Part shown: positions 1-10,157 of the stretch, one piece after another
Numbering within the stretch: the stretch's first letter is position 1
Layout of the letters: each line of letters opens with the position of its first letter
DNA from: Pyrodictium sp.
GTDB taxonomy: Archaea; Thermoproteota; Thermoprotei_A; Sulfolobales; Pyrodictiaceae
Length of the DNA stretch: 60,713 nucleotides
Direction of reading: 5' to 3'
Assembly (NCBI GenBank): GCA_015662475.1
Contig: DQUB01000055.1
Span: forward strand, 1-60,713
The notes under the pieces: generated by a model
Databases searched by the model: none
Told to the model about the DNA's origin: nothing
The model's input: the letters and a program-made list of their open reading frames with translations, nothing else
Made by a program: the position numbers and the translations under genes

Positions 1-1
1 A

Positions 2-226
2 ACATACACTGGATTCGACTACTATGATCTTGCACGTATTAACGGTCCAAAGGTTGAGTACGATTACTATAATCTCCAAAATATATGGGTGAGGTGGATG
101 GCCAACTTTATGCTATGAGGGCTGGTTTGGAGCGAGATACTATACAACGCCTATTCTAACAATATGCGCGTCTACGTGTACCAGAATACGCAATTGCAGT
201 CAAACACTGTAAGAAACGAATTATAG
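2..226 (+). other. 3' end of a probable Tyr/Asn-rich ORF entering from the left edge, interrupted by an in-frame TGA at 116-118
   Basis: Frame 2 reads TYTGFDYYDLARINGPKVEYDYYNLQNIWVRWMANFML*GLVWSEILYNAYSNNMRVYVYQNTQLQSNTVRNEL*; no family recognised. Confidence 0.3.
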
Positions 227-296
227 TTGCATGGTGTAATAAAATAAGTAAACATGTTGAAGGTCTATTGATGAACCACAGATACTACTATCTAAT

Positions 297-644
297 TTAG
301 GAGATGTTTTGAGGTGAAAACGGCCGCTTACCAAGCCATAGGGATAATAGGAATAATATGAGAGCTAGAGCAGTCAATATTATTGCGAGTATGAGGACTA
401 GTATGAGAGTACGTGTACTTGTAGCTACAGCTATTGGTATTGGGCCTATAACTATGACAGCACCTCCTTCTCCTGATGCTTGCTTGCCACTTAAAAGTGC
501 AACATACAAGGTTCCAAAGAACACTATTAAGATCCCTACAACTATTAGCGCAAGTCCTATGAGCCATATCTTAACCATCAAATTGGTTGGCTCTGCATTA
601 ACACCTTCGAGCGCTAACATATGCATATTTATTTTGCCCCTCAA
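297..644 (-). CDS. DUF131/TIGR00304-type small membrane protein (true start probably near 578-581)
   Basis: Two hydrophobic helices flanking the GGAVIVIGPIPI signature. Confidence 0.75.
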   Translation of the reverse strand: MRGKINMHMLALEGVNAEPTNLMVKIWLIGLALIVVGILIVFFGTLYVALLSGKQASGEGGAVIVIGPIPIAVATSTRTLILVLILAIILTALALILFLLSLWLGKRPFSPQNIS

Positions 645-704
645 ATACTTGTGTTTGTGGATGGAGTATAATAACCGATACTCAAAGAGTTAGATTTAGC
701 TTCT

Positions 705-1310
705 ATGGGGCTGTCTGCTGTGCCAACATCAACTGTCACAGTTCCATGGGTACCATCACGGGATGAGGTTATCAAAGCTGTACTATCCATTATTAGGCCT
801 AGCAAGAAGGACATAATTTTCGATATTGGATGTGGTGATGGTAGAGTTGCAACAACTCTTGCTAGCACCTATGGTGTTCAAACAATCTGTATAGAGCTTA
901 GAGAAGATCTTGCACGTAAAGCTCAAAAGCTTGCTCAAGAAAAGGGTGTTGAACACCTTCTCGAAATTGTTATTGGCGACATGTACACATTTTCTCTTTC
1001 AAGGGCAACTATAGTGTATATGTATTTATTGACAAGTGCTAATTACCTACTTAGACCAAAGCTTGACAAAGAGTTGCAGCCTGGCAGCATTGTCATTAGC
1101 CTAGATTTTCCAGTGCCTGGATGGCGTCCTCTAAAAGTAGTTGAATTACCCCAATCCTGGCAACGTACACTCTACGTATATGTTAAAGGATATTCGGAAG
1201 TATCAGCAGATATTCCATCAAGCAAGCTAAGAGAGTTAGTGCATGGACGACTTAGAGAGGAGCTGTTAGAGGGTGTTATGGGTGGTTACATCAAGTTAAG
1301 TTCTCTCTAA
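705..1310 (+). CDS. SAM-dependent methyltransferase, aKMT/FAM173-like protein-lysine methyltransferase
   Basis: [14 protein letters not shown] motif [26 protein letters not shown]. Confidence 0.8.
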   Translation: MGLSAVPTSTVTVPWVPSRDEVIKAVLSIIRPSKKDIIFDIGCGDGRVATTLASTYGVQTICIELREDLARKAQKLAQEKGVEHLLEIVIGDMYTFSLSRATIVYMYLLTSANYLLRPKLDKELQPGSIVISLDFPVPGWRPLKVVELPQSWQRTLYVYVKGYSEVSADIPSSKLRELVHGRLREELLEGVMGGYIKLSSL

Positions 1311-2762
1311 CCGCCATACAGTCTTTCCACCTGGATAATCGTACAATTGTATTCCTAGTCTTCTAAGCTCTGCTCTTATTTCATCTGCAATATCGTATAG
1401 CTTACGCTTTCTTAGCTCACCCCTTACACGTACTATCAAATTCACTAGATCTTCAACCATCTTCTCGTGTTCTAGTTTGACAACACCGTACAGAACGTCA
1501 TCTAGTACGCCAAATACGTAGTTGAAATCTTCAAACACCCTATAGGCTCTTACAGCTGCAACATACATTTCACCAGGCACAATATCTCTGTTTACAATTC
1601 TAACAAGTTCCATTATAGCTGCAAGCGCTTTTGCTGTATTGAAATCGTTGCTCATCGCATTATGGAACTCCATATATGTTTTCTCAACCGTAGTAATCAC
1701 TTTCACTTCTCTATCGGTTAGCTTTGCTGGCGGAGTAACAGACCCTATAATCTTTCTAAGGTCTTCAACAGCCATTCTCAACCTTCTAAGATTTGCTCTT
1801 GCCTGTTCCAGCGCATCTTCGCTATAGTCTAGCTGTGTCCTATAATGGGCGCTCAATAGCCAGAGACGGAGAGTTTCAGCTCCCCATTTCTTTACAGCTT
1901 CTCTTAAAGGTATTATGTTGCCAAGACTTTTACTCATTTTCTCGCCATGTACGGTTAGATACCCTGTATGCAACCAATACTTGACCCAAGGCTTTACACC
2001 AAATAGCGCTTCTGATTGCGCACGTTCATTTTCGTGGTGAGGGAATATCAGGTCTTGGCCACCACCATGTATTTCAAATTGTCTACCAAGATACTTGGAT
2101 GACATAACGCTACACTCTATATGCCAGCCAGGTCTCCCACGACCCCAAGGCGCCTCCCAATACGGTTCTCCAGGTTTCCAAGCCTTCCAAAGCGCAAAAT
2201 CGTATGGTTTCTTCTTCTCTTTCAACACTTCTACTTCCTGTCTCCACTCCTCCGGGTTTTTTAGACCACTTAGACTTCCATAGTCAGGGTACTTGTCAAC
2301 CTCGAAATAGACGCTGCCACTTGGTGCTACGTAGGCATAGCCTTTGTCTATAAGCTCTTGAATAAATTCTATTATTTCGTTTATGTGTTCTGTAACTCTA
2401 GGATGTATATCGACTTTTATCTTGAGCTTCTCAAGCATTTCGAAATAGTCTTTGGTATATATGTCGACAATTTCTCTCCAATCTTTGCCTTCGCTTCGCG
2501 CTCTATTGATTATCTTATCGTCTATGTCTGTTATGTTTTGCACATGTATGACGTTAAAGCCTCTGAGCCTAAAATATCTTTTAATCGCGTCGAAGGCAAC
2601 ATAGGTTCTAGCATGGCCCAAGTGCGTATAATCATACACTGTAGGTCCACAAACGTACATGCGGACAAGTCCAGGCTTAAATGGGGTGAAAGTCTCGAGT
2701 TTGCGGCCCAAAGTGTTAAATACTTTTATGCTCGGTAGCTCTGTCCATGCCAGCGTTTGCAC
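1296..2762 (-). CDS. cysS: Cysteine--tRNA ligase
   Basis: [32 protein letters not shown] motifs. Confidence 0.98.
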   Translation of the reverse strand: MQTLAWTELPSIKVFNTLGRKLETFTPFKPGLVRMYVCGPTVYDYTHLGHARTYVAFDAIKRYFRLRGFNVIHVQNITDIDDKIINRARSEGKDWREIVDIYTKDYFEMLEKLKIKVDIHPRVTEHINEIIEFIQELIDKGYAYVAPSGSVYFEVDKYPDYGSLSGLKNPEEWRQEVEVLKEKKKPYDFALWKAWKPGEPYWEAPWGRGRPGWHIECSVMSSKYLGRQFEIHGGGQDLIFPHHENERAQSEALFGVKPWVKYWLHTGYLTVHGEKMSKSLGNIIPLREAVKKWGAETLRLWLLSAHYRTQLDYSEDALEQARANLRRLRMAVEDLRKIIGSVTPPAKLTDREVKVITTVEKTYMEFHNAMSNDFNTAKALAAIMELVRIVNRDIVPGEMYVAAVRAYRVFEDFNYVFGVLDDVLYGVVKLEHEKMVEDLVNLIVRVRGELRKRKLYDIADEIRAELRRLGIQLYDYPGGKTVWRLERT

Positions 2763-2822
2763 TAGCTAAGTCACCAGATATAGGGTAGAAACTTAGCTGT
2801 AGGTATTATAGGGTAGCTTGAA

Positions 2823-3983
2823 GTGGTTAGTGTGCTCTACCGTGTTACAGGGTCTCTACTTGAAAAAGTGTTGAGGGACAAGGAAAAATTACGAGATAAA
2901 GTAGAGTCGATGATAGATAGAAATGCTGTTAAGAGAGCATTGGAAGATGGACATGCGAGAAGACGGCCTAGACCATGTGGTATGACTATACATACAAGCA
3001 TTGGATGTAAGTTTGGCTGCATCTACTGCTATGTCCCTGATATGGGTTTTCCAATGAAACCTCGACCATACCCTTTAACAGGGTTGGAGCTTGTCTATGC
3101 TCTGCTTAACAACCCCTACTTTCTCCCAGGACCTTACGGTACATTACTTGCCTTTGGCTCTGTTACAGAACCATTCATGGAGGAGGCTGTTGAACGCACT
3201 CTTGACTATCTTGAGAAAACTCGAAAGTTTCTTGGAAATCCAACACAAATATCCACTAAAGCTTCTATAGGTGAAGAACTTCTTGACAAACTTTTACGAG
3301 TTATGGATCCCCAAATAAGCTTTCTAGTAACAGTTATAACGATAAAACATGCTAAAAAACTAGAGCCTAATGCACCAAAACCCGACGATCGATTTGAAAC
3401 TATAAGAAGGCTTTCTAAAGCCTCAGTACATGTCACACTTTTCCTAAGACCCATAATACCGGGGTTAACAGACGCTGAAGTCCCAACACTACTTTCTAAG
3501 GCTAAGGAGAGTGGGGCAAAAGGTGTTGTACCAGGTAGCTTGCGTGTTACACCAGGCATACTTCGCAGGCTAAAATTGGCTGGGCTTGATGTTGAAGAGG
3601 TAAAACGTAGACTACCTCGCCAACCCAGAAACCCCAAAGACCAAGTTACAATTAGAGAACATGATCTAAAACGTCTTGTAGACATTTATGCTAAGAAACT
3701 TGGCCTACGCGTATATCCCTCATCTTGTGCAGCAAATATAGAAGCTCATAACCTTGCCTGCTACTCCTGCAACTGGGGACCATGTGGAGATCCTCGTAAA
3801 CTACCTAGTGTGGAGGAAAACGATGTTAAAGATGCTGTCGAAGTTTTTGGGCTAAGACCCACTAAGCTAGTAGTTAAAGGGAATAAGATCGTTGTCCATG
3901 TTAAAGATGGCGACCAAAGAACCAAAGATGTTGTAAGTGTTATCTTGTCAACTGTCACAAAACGAGATGTTGTTGTAAGATAA
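2823..3983 (+). CDS. Radical SAM protein (SplB/COG1533-like, function unknown)
   Basis: CKFGCIYC CxxxCxxC motif, GSVTEP, LEPNAP, RPIIPG; extra C-terminal Cys cluster. Confidence 0.8.
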   Translation: MVSVLYRVTGSLLEKVLRDKEKLRDKVESMIDRNAVKRALEDGHARRRPRPCGMTIHTSIGCKFGCIYCYVPDMGFPMKPRPYPLTGLELVYALLNNPYFLPGPYGTLLAFGSVTEPFMEEAVERTLDYLEKTRKFLGNPTQISTKASIGEELLDKLLRVMDPQISFLVTVITIKHAKKLEPNAPKPDDRFETIRRLSKASVHVTLFLRPIIPGLTDAEVPTLLSKAKESGAKGVVPGSLRVTPGILRRLKLAGLDVEEVKRRLPRQPRNPKDQVTIREHDLKRLVDIYAKKLGLRVYPSSCAANIEAHNLACYSCNWGPCGDPRKLPSVEENDVKDAVEVFGLRPTKLVVKGNKIVVHVKDGDQRTKDVVSVILSTVTKRDVVVR

Positions 3984-4028
3984 AAACCATTTTATGTCAA
4001 ACAACACAAATACTCTTCGCCAAAGCTT

Positions 4029-4084
4029 GGATCTGAGGTAGGATGTGGTGTTGATCCTCCCCCGGTCCGTGAATACATCATCGC
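4029..4084 (-). ncRNA. Possible degenerate box C/D sRNA
   Basis: Minus strand reads GATGATGT ATTCACGGACCGG GGGA ... CAGA; GC-rich intergenic patch, internal boxes poor. Confidence 0.3.
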
Positions 4085-4530
4085 TATTGCTTAGTCAGCT
4101 TCTGAGCCCCGGTCATCGGCAAATTCTTAGGTTTTAGATTAGAGCGTTTTATAGGTAGCTTTAGATGTTCAGCTACTCGTTCAACGATCCAAGCATATGT
4201 AGCGTCACCCTTACTATATCTCAGCTTTAGCTTACGATAAACTGCACGGTATACCATTCGCCCATCAGAGTCGTAGACTTCTATCCAGCCTTTTACGTGA
4301 CCTCTAAGGTTTCTTACTAGACGTACTTGGACAGCATATTCTCCTTCAGAGAGGTTCACGTATAGTGTCTCAGCAGAACCTCTACTATATGTTGGTTTTG
4401 CAGGTTCACGTCTACTTGGTTTGGGAGTTCTAACATTACCTTTAGAGTCGACTATTAGTGCAATATATCTTACTGCATGCTTACCTCTTCTACTCTTACT
4501 CTTTTCTTCACGAAGTATGACTGTTGTCAT
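4084..4530 (-). CDS. Basic hypothetical protein, possibly nucleic-acid binding
   Basis: 148-aa Lys/Arg-rich ORF; ATGA overlap with upstream gene. Confidence 0.7.
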   Translation of the reverse strand: MTTVILREEKSKSRRGKHAVRYIALIVDSKGNVRTPKPSRREPAKPTYSRGSAETLYVNLSEGEYAVQVRLVRNLRGHVKGWIEVYDSDGRMVYRAVYRKLKLRYSKGDATYAWIVERVAEHLKLPIKRSNLKPKNLPMTGAQKLTKQ

Positions 4531-4781
4531 AGTAGCACCTTTGCTTCTACGCCATCACCACAATTAAGCTTTCCAGTCTTCTCTGGGAAGACTATCGTAG
4601 TGAAACGATAGTCCATTCCTGCAGGCATACGCAATTTATAAGGTTCATTTGCTGTTACAACTACATTTTTGACATTTTCACAAACATATTCACTTTCCAG
4701 TTTCGAGTTAACATAGTTTTTCAACACGACTTTGAAACTATCACCTTTTCGAATTATATGCAAGATTGCTAGTTTTCCCAC
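4527..4781 (-). CDS. Small hypothetical protein
   Basis: 84-aa ORF packed between co-oriented neighbours (1-bp gap and 4-bp overlap). Confidence 0.6.
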   Translation of the reverse strand: MGKLAILHIIRKGDSFKVVLKNYVNSKLESEYVCENVKNVVVTANEPYKLRMPAGMDYRFTTIVFPEKTGKLNCGDGVEAKVLL

Positions 4782-4782
4782 A

Positions 4783-5127
4783 CTACATCTCCCAAGCTTT
4801 CATCTCTACTAGGAGTTTTTCAACCTCGTTACCCAGCTCTACAAGCAGTGCAGCTATGTAAGGATCGCCTAATTCGCTCAAAAGTTTTCGCACTTCAACC
4901 AGCATCAACTTTGTTTCGGCTAGAAGAGGGCGGATGTTGAGGCCCACAAGGGCTATTGTTTCAAGTCTAAGCTTTATACGTTCCAACGCCAATTCGATAT
5001 TCTTGAGGTTTTCACAACCTTCAACTTTTGCAGATCCACACTTTCTTTCAAGTCTTCTAATACGTGCTAATGCTGCACTCAAACTTGCCAACATTTTCGC
5101 TAAGCTACTACGATTAATTGTGGTCAC
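4783..5127 (-). CDS. Short CdvB/ESCRT-III (Snf7)-like helical protein
   Basis: IELALERIKLRLETIALVG resembles the CdvB core xLALEQVxLRLETxxxxG; all-helical; GGGG SD-like element upstream. Confidence 0.55.
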   Translation of the reverse strand: MTTINRSSLAKMLASLSAALARIRRLERKCGSAKVEGCENLKNIELALERIKLRLETIALVGLNIRPLLAETKLMLVEVRKLLSELGDPYIAALLVELGNEVEKLLVEMKAWEM

Positions 5128-5162
5128 TATAACCCCTTAATCTTCTACCCTATCTTCCTCTC

Positions 5163-5429
5163 TTAAGCTTTGGAGCCTTTTCTAATCCTATAAAATCTGA
5201 TTAGGTTTATTGCTGAAAAAGTGAATGCTAAGGAATTGAGAATGGTAAATACAACATCTCGTATCATGATGGCATATATTGTTAGTAGTATGCTACCCGC
5301 AGCATATAATCCGCTCAGGCTTGGAGGTGGTGGTGTACTTCGAAGTGCTAATATCCAACCTAGCACTATTAAGGTCATCCCTGCAACTCCTATGAGTTCG
5401 AAAGCCATACTCGTATACCTCCTTATCAC
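5163..5429 (-). CDS. Small 3-TM membrane protein, PQ-loop/SemiSWEET-like (start probably 5408)
   Basis: IGxxG helix, LY..GS.LLTIYA...D.VF..LN pattern. Confidence 0.65.
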   Translation of the reverse strand: MIRRYTSMAFELIGVAGMTLIVLGWILALRSTPPPPSLSGLYAAGSILLTIYAIMIRDVVFTILNSLAFTFSAINLIRFYRIRKGSKA

Positions 5430-5483
5430 TACTTGGCGGAAGAAAAGCCATAAAAAATAGAGTTATGATGATGCAGATAGAGG

Positions 5484-5846
5484 GTGTGCTCATTGAGTCT
5501 CGCACGCATAGTGTTTCTAAAGAAGAAGTTGGAGAAGAAATATGGTGCTATCGGCAAGGTTGCTGGTAGATATGTTGAAGCAGGTTACACAGTTAATATT
5601 GGCTTCCAAACAGCTAAAGGGAGTATAGATATTGTTGCAAAGAAAGAAGGTCAGATACTTGCTATAGATGTTATTACGGAATCTGTAAAGGTTGGTACAG
5701 ATGTTATTGAGAAGCTTAAGGAGAAAGCTGCTAGCATAAATGCAAAACCTGTACTAGTCCTCTATGGTTCTGGACCACAACTTCAAAAAGAAGCTCTTAA
5801 GAGAGCAGAAGAGCTCGGTGTAGAGATTAGAAGAGTTAGAAGTTAA
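5484..5846 (+). CDS. PD-(D/E)XK restriction-endonuclease-fold protein (Mrr/Hjc-like)
   Basis: AGYTV...[16 protein letters not shown] pattern; catalytic Lys apparently absent. Confidence 0.65.
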   Translation: MCSLSLARIVFLKKKLEKKYGAIGKVAGRYVEAGYTVNIGFQTAKGSIDIVAKKEGQILAIDVITESVKVGTDVIEKLKEKAASINAKPVLVLYGSGPQLQKEALKRAEELGVEIRRVRS

Positions 5847-6796
5847 GGGATTTTAGGCTGTAATAGCCATAGAAGCACCGCTTTTTGTGCATGCAATCTG
5901 TTTTCAGCTTGTAGCCATACAATGCTTTGTGGACCCTCAATTACTTCATCGGTAACCTCTTCTCCTCTACGAGCTGGCAAGCAGTGCATAAATACTACAT
6001 CATGTTTAGCTCTAGCTAGCAAATCTTTTGTCACTGTATAGCCTTGAAGTAATTGACGTTTTTTCTCCGCTATCTCTTCTTCACCCATACTCACCCAAAC
6101 ATCTGTGTACACGACATCAGCCTCTTCAACAGCTTTTTGGGGGTCATCTACAACCTCTATTCTAGCACCACTAGCATTTGCAAACTCATATGCTTTGTCA
6201 AGTACATCTTTGTCTGGAGATAGCTGAGGTGGTGATGCTACAACCATGTTTATTCCAAGCATAGCTGCTGCTATAATTAGACTATGAGCAACATTACTTC
6301 TACCATCGCCTACGAAAACCAGTTTTAAACCTTTGAGCCTGCCTTTAACCTCTAAAATTGTTAGCATATCAGCTATTGCTTGTAGAGGATGCTCTTTATC
6401 ACTAAGCATATTGACTACTGGTACACTCGAATACCGTGCAAGCTCGAGAAGGTTTTCATGGCGATACACTCTAGCTGCTATTAGGTCAACGTATCTTGAA
6501 AGTACTCTAGCTGTATCCTTTATAGGCTCACCACGACCCAACTGTGTTTCCGACCAAGTTAGAACTATCGGGTACATACCAAGCTGGACTGCTGCAAGCT
6601 CCATGCTAACTCTTGTTCTCGTGCTCGGCTTTTCAAATAGGAGAGCTATAGTGTAGCCTTTCAAAACATTGAGTACACGTTCACCACTATAATAACGTCT
6701 TTTGAGATACTGGGCAAGCTCTATTATGCGGTTAAGATCCCATGGTGTTAGATCAGCTATGGAGAGAAGATGCCTTGGCGTTTTAATCACCTTCAA
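5843..6796 (-). CDS. argF: Ornithine carbamoyltransferase
   Basis: STRTR, HPLQ, DVWVSMG, HCLP, QAENR motifs. Confidence 0.97.
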   Translation of the reverse strand: MKVIKTPRHLLSIADLTPWDLNRIIELAQYLKRRYYSGERVLNVLKGYTIALLFEKPSTRTRVSMELAAVQLGMYPIVLTWSETQLGRGEPIKDTARVLSRYVDLIAARVYRHENLLELARYSSVPVVNMLSDKEHPLQAIADMLTILEVKGRLKGLKLVFVGDGRSNVAHSLIIAAAMLGINMVVASPPQLSPDKDVLDKAYEFANASGARIEVVDDPQKAVEEADVVYTDVWVSMGEEEIAEKKRQLLQGYTVTKDLLARAKHDVVFMHCLPARRGEEVTDEVIEGPQSIVWLQAENRLHAQKAVLLWLLQPKIP

Positions 6797-6824
6797 TATT
6801 GTGCTTGTGTGGGGGTATATTAGA

Positions 6825-6883
6825 GCTCAGTTCATGGGAGTTTCAACATCCTTTTTCAGCGACCGCTCCTCTACATCATTGCC
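6825..6883 (-). ncRNA. Box C/D guide sRNA; both guides match the 16S rRNA 5' region
   Basis: C ATGATGT - AGAGGAGCGGTCG - D' CTGA - C' ATGTTGA - AACTCCCATGAA - D CTGA. Confidence 0.8.
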
Positions 6884-6912
6884 AATAGATTATTTTTGTG
6901 GAACAGGTTTAT

Positions 6913-7191
6913 TTACGATAGGTCTATTAGGAGAGCACCACATTTCATCTCGACAAGCTTTTCAACAACCTCTATAATATCTTGAGCATGTTCACACGTT
7001 AAGTGTATCCCTATTTGCATGTAAGGAAGACGTTGTTCCACCGATACTTTCCTTTCAATAGCGAGTTTAATCAGGCAGCTTTTTAGCGAAAATACAGCCC
7101 AGGCGGTACTTACAACACTTTTCTGCGATATTTGAGCAAGCTTTTCAGATACTTCTCGAAAACATTGTATCAGTTCTTCTGGTGTACGCAC
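6913..7191 (-). CDS. Hypothetical protein (start uncertain)
   Basis: 92-aa ORF filling the gap; frame open to 7239 without a standard start. Confidence 0.45.
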   Translation of the reverse strand: MRTPEELIQCFREVSEKLAQISQKSVVSTAWAVFSLKSCLIKLAIERKVSVEQRLPYMQIGIHLTCEHAQDIIEVVEKLVEMKCGALLIDLS

Positions 7192-7290
7192 TCTAATACC
7201 CGCTTTTAAAGTGAAACATGCTATCTTCTCCAGCCAACATCACCCTTTTAGCCACAGTATGCCACCTCTCACATTTAGTGGTAGTAGATT

Positions 7291-8103
7291 TTGAACGTAA
7301 AACGATCATTTGTAATACCATTTTACAAGTGTTTGCTTGGTTTAGCTGAGCCAAAACCATGTGCTAGTATTGACGTACACCGCATACTAACGTCCATCGT
7401 AGCAGCTGCAGTCTATGTTGATGATGCTTACAAAATAGGCTACAGTTATGGTTTGGAGGGAACTTTGAAAGGTTACGGTGACTTGATTTTAGAAGCTGCA
7501 AGATCTATAGCTGTTGAAGGTGGCGACATATCGACACTTGTAGGCCTAATAACCTACACTGCAGCATATGGTTTTGCAAAAGCACGTGGTAGAGAAAGCT
7601 TAGAACACGTATTAGATGGTGCAAAGAGGATAGTATCAGCAACCTCTTACACTGATGCAGTGAAACTTTTAGAAGCACTAAAAGTGTTAGGCTACAACGA
7701 AGTACTGTATCTGCTTGAAGAGAAGGGCATCACAAAACATAGAATCGAAGCAGAGTATATGAATGTTGAAGACTTGTTGAGAGAGGCAAGTGGCACAGAA
7801 CTTGCATTCATGAATCCACATACACTTGCGCAGGTTATACGTTTGGCTAAAGAATGTGTTGAGAAGTATAGAGTTAGAAGGCCAGTATGCATATGGCATT
7901 ACATATTACATGCTAACGTTGAAAGTGAACTTAAAGAAAAAGTATGGGATGCATTCCGCATACTTGTAGCTCATAACTGCAATGTTAAAAGAGCGCTAGC
8001 CTACATCTCGGAAGAGTTACGCGAATGCCAACGCCTCAACAAGAACTACACACTACTTGCTAAAGCATTTCTCGTAGCACTCTATGTTATCGAGCTATTC
8101 TAG
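7291..8103 (+). CDS. Hypothetical protein, possibly divergent CitG-like
   Basis: 270-aa helical ORF; N-terminal EPKP weakly recalls CitG PKPG. Confidence 0.5.
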   Translation: MNVKRSFVIPFYKCLLGLAEPKPCASIDVHRILTSIVAAAVYVDDAYKIGYSYGLEGTLKGYGDLILEAARSIAVEGGDISTLVGLITYTAAYGFAKARGRESLEHVLDGAKRIVSATSYTDAVKLLEALKVLGYNEVLYLLEEKGITKHRIEAEYMNVEDLLREASGTELAFMNPHTLAQVIRLAKECVEKYRVRRPVCIWHYILHANVESELKEKVWDAFRILVAHNCNVKRALAYISEELRECQRLNKNYTLLAKAFLVALYVIELF

Positions 8104-8826
8104 TCTCCCGCTCCACTTAAAACGCATATACTGGTATTTTATGATGCGACGTTTTTCGCCAACATCTTTACACTGCAATGAAGCAACTAATATTCCTACA
8201 AGCATACAGGCGAAAGCGTGTAATGGTGCTAGTACGTGATAAGGATTCCACAACAACTCCATTAACCATACACTTGTATTTCTAAGCTTCACCTCGTCCA
8301 TGTAGAAACCTAGAACTAGCTTTGCAATATAGTTTGCAAGCCATATAAAAGCGACGTGTATTGTTGAGAGAGGCACATTTTTAACCCCATTCCTTGTCAC
8401 CAAGAGTTTCTCCCTCGACATACGTGGAAAGAGCATAAAGACTGCTGTAAGAGTTGATACCGCAAGTGCTTGTTCACCACCTTGTAGTATGCCAGTAAAC
8501 CATAATCTGTACACATCATCAATGCCTTTCACGTTCAACCTTAAAACCAGACTACACATGTGTATCGATTGTACCGCTAAATAGTCTAGTAAAGGTAGGA
8601 AAACAAGCACTATACTACGCACAACATATTCTAGCTGTATAGTTGCCCAAATGAGTGCAAATGAGTCTATAACAAAGCCTATAACATCTTTTGCTGAATA
8701 AAAATTTACGAGGTTTAGAATAGGTGAGTCCAACGTTCGACACATATTTGCTGAGTCTATCACAGCAACTAAAGTTGAAAATATTACAAGTATTAGGTAG
8801 AAGGCTGTAATCATCATGGCCGCCAA
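8095..8826 (-). CDS. Polytopic membrane protein, degenerate heme A synthase (CtaA/COX15)-like
   Basis: TM1 then S..MC..LDSP loop, LEYVVR where ExxHR is expected, later TM histidines; divergent from ctaB. Confidence 0.45.
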   Translation of the reverse strand: MAAMMITAFYLILVIFSTLVAVIDSANMCRTLDSPILNLVNFYSAKDVIGFVIDSFALIWATIQLEYVVRSIVLVFLPLLDYLAVQSIHMCSLVLRLNVKGIDDVYRLWFTGILQGGEQALAVSTLTAVFMLFPRMSREKLLVTRNGVKNVPLSTIHVAFIWLANYIAKLVLGFYMDEVKLRNTSVWLMELLWNPYHVLAPLHAFACMLVGILVASLQCKDVGEKRRIIKYQYMRFKWSGRLE

Positions 8827-8909
8827 TAACCACGTTTAGAATCTGGATGCTGCAATAAAATATCTAGTCTTTGTCTAATTTTTAGACTTTGTACTGGTAG
8901 ATTTACGAC

Positions 8910-9827
8910 TTGAAGAAGGTTATGACTTCGAGCCTGAGTGGAATTGGTCTGCTATCAGCGTTAGCCGCACTGATTAAGGTTAAACAGACAATGTTACTGC
9001 TTACATCATCTTATGTGTCATTCCTGTTGGGAGGAGGGTACACTGCACCCTTTTACAAGCATATTCTACTGCTAGTGTTTGGGTTTTTGGCAATAGCTTC
9101 TACAACTGCTATCAACATGTATTTTGATAGAGATATTGATAGTGTAATGGAAAGAACTAGACATAGACCTTTGGTTACAGGAGTTTTCAGGCCAAAGTCA
9201 ACACTCGTTTTTGCTCTAACAACTCTCACTTTAACAACTATTCTTTCAGCTGTTTATATCAACATTCTTTTTGCAACAGCTATAGTGGTGGGCTTCTTCT
9301 TCGATATAATCGCATACACTATACTGTTGAAGCGACGAACTCCCTTTAGCATAATAGCTGGTGCTATTGCCGGTGGTATGCCAAGCTTGGGTGGATGGGC
9401 TGCTGCAACAAACCGTATAGATGCTGCTGGTCTTGCACTCTCAATGCTTGTTGTAGCATGGGTACCCTCCCACATCTGGTTTCTAGCATATTACCGTCGA
9501 AACGACTATGCAAGAGCCAATGTACCTATGCTACCAGTTGTATCAGATCCTACGCTTGTAGGTTTAGGCATAGCATTAGCATCGGTATTCCAAGCATATA
9601 GCATCTTGATACTTGCCTCAGAACATGTTATAGGCTTAATTACAACGTTTTACGGTCTACTCTCTTCTACACACCTGTTCATACTCAGTATGAAAGTTGC
9701 TGAAGAGAGGAACAATACAAGAGCGTTAAAAGCTTTCAAATATGCCAACCTACATCTGAGCATGACTTACGTTTTAATGCTTCTCGAAAAACTTGTAACC
9801 CTTGTATACGCATTCTCCGAGAACTAA
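8910..9827 (+). CDS. ctaB: Protoheme IX farnesyltransferase (heme O synthase)
   Basis: NMYFDRDID..MERT..RPL, YT.LLKRRT, W.PSH.W, DY.RA.VPMLPV. Confidence 0.95.
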   Translation: MKKVMTSSLSGIGLLSALAALIKVKQTMLLLTSSYVSFLLGGGYTAPFYKHILLLVFGFLAIASTTAINMYFDRDIDSVMERTRHRPLVTGVFRPKSTLVFALTTLTLTTILSAVYINILFATAIVVGFFFDIIAYTILLKRRTPFSIIAGAIAGGMPSLGGWAAATNRIDAAGLALSMLVVAWVPSHIWFLAYYRRNDYARANVPMLPVVSDPTLVGLGIALASVFQAYSILILASEHVIGLITTFYGLLSSTHLFILSMKVAEERNNTRALKAFKYANLHLSMTYVLMLLEKLVTLVYAFSEN

Positions 9828-9926
9828 ATATGCCACTCCCATCTACACTCGTTAGATTGAAGAGTTGCTGTAGTTGCGCTAGAAGGCGCTAAAGCAAGCT
9901 AGCTGTGGGTGTGGAGGCGAGGTAGG

Positions 9927-10157
9927 ATGGCCGCTATCGAGATGGCATGTCCTCGCTGTAGAACTAGGTTAGAGTTTAGAATAGAGATAGAACTTGGCAA
10001 TGGAGATATGAGGCGGATAATATACTACTACAAGTGTCCGAGATGCTTGTATAGACTTACCGATGCAACAATAGTTGTTAGGAAAAACAATAGTAATAAG
10101 GGACTTGTTTTGGAACTTATAGAGGCTGTAGGAAGTAGAAGGGTTGTTAGAGAGTGA
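9927..10157 (+). CDS. Small zinc-ribbon protein
   Basis: Two CPRC motifs; GAGGT SD before ATG 9927. Confidence 0.75.
   Translation: MAAIEMACPRCRTRLEFRIEIELGNGDMRRIIYYYKCPRCLYRLTDATIVVRKNNSNKGLVLELIEAVGSRRVVRE

Noticed and set aside
116..118. Selenocysteine recoding of the in-frame TGA
   Set aside because: No redox-motif context or SECIS-like hairpin seen, and Sec is not expected in this lineage.
2764..2798. AGCTAAGT...ACTTAGCT inverted repeat between cysS and the radical SAM gene
   Set aside because: Only 8 bp with a long spacer and no second copy noticed; too weak to call.
5464..5496. ATGATGA as another C box
   Set aside because: No properly spaced D'/C'/D set follows; it runs into the next gene's SD and start.
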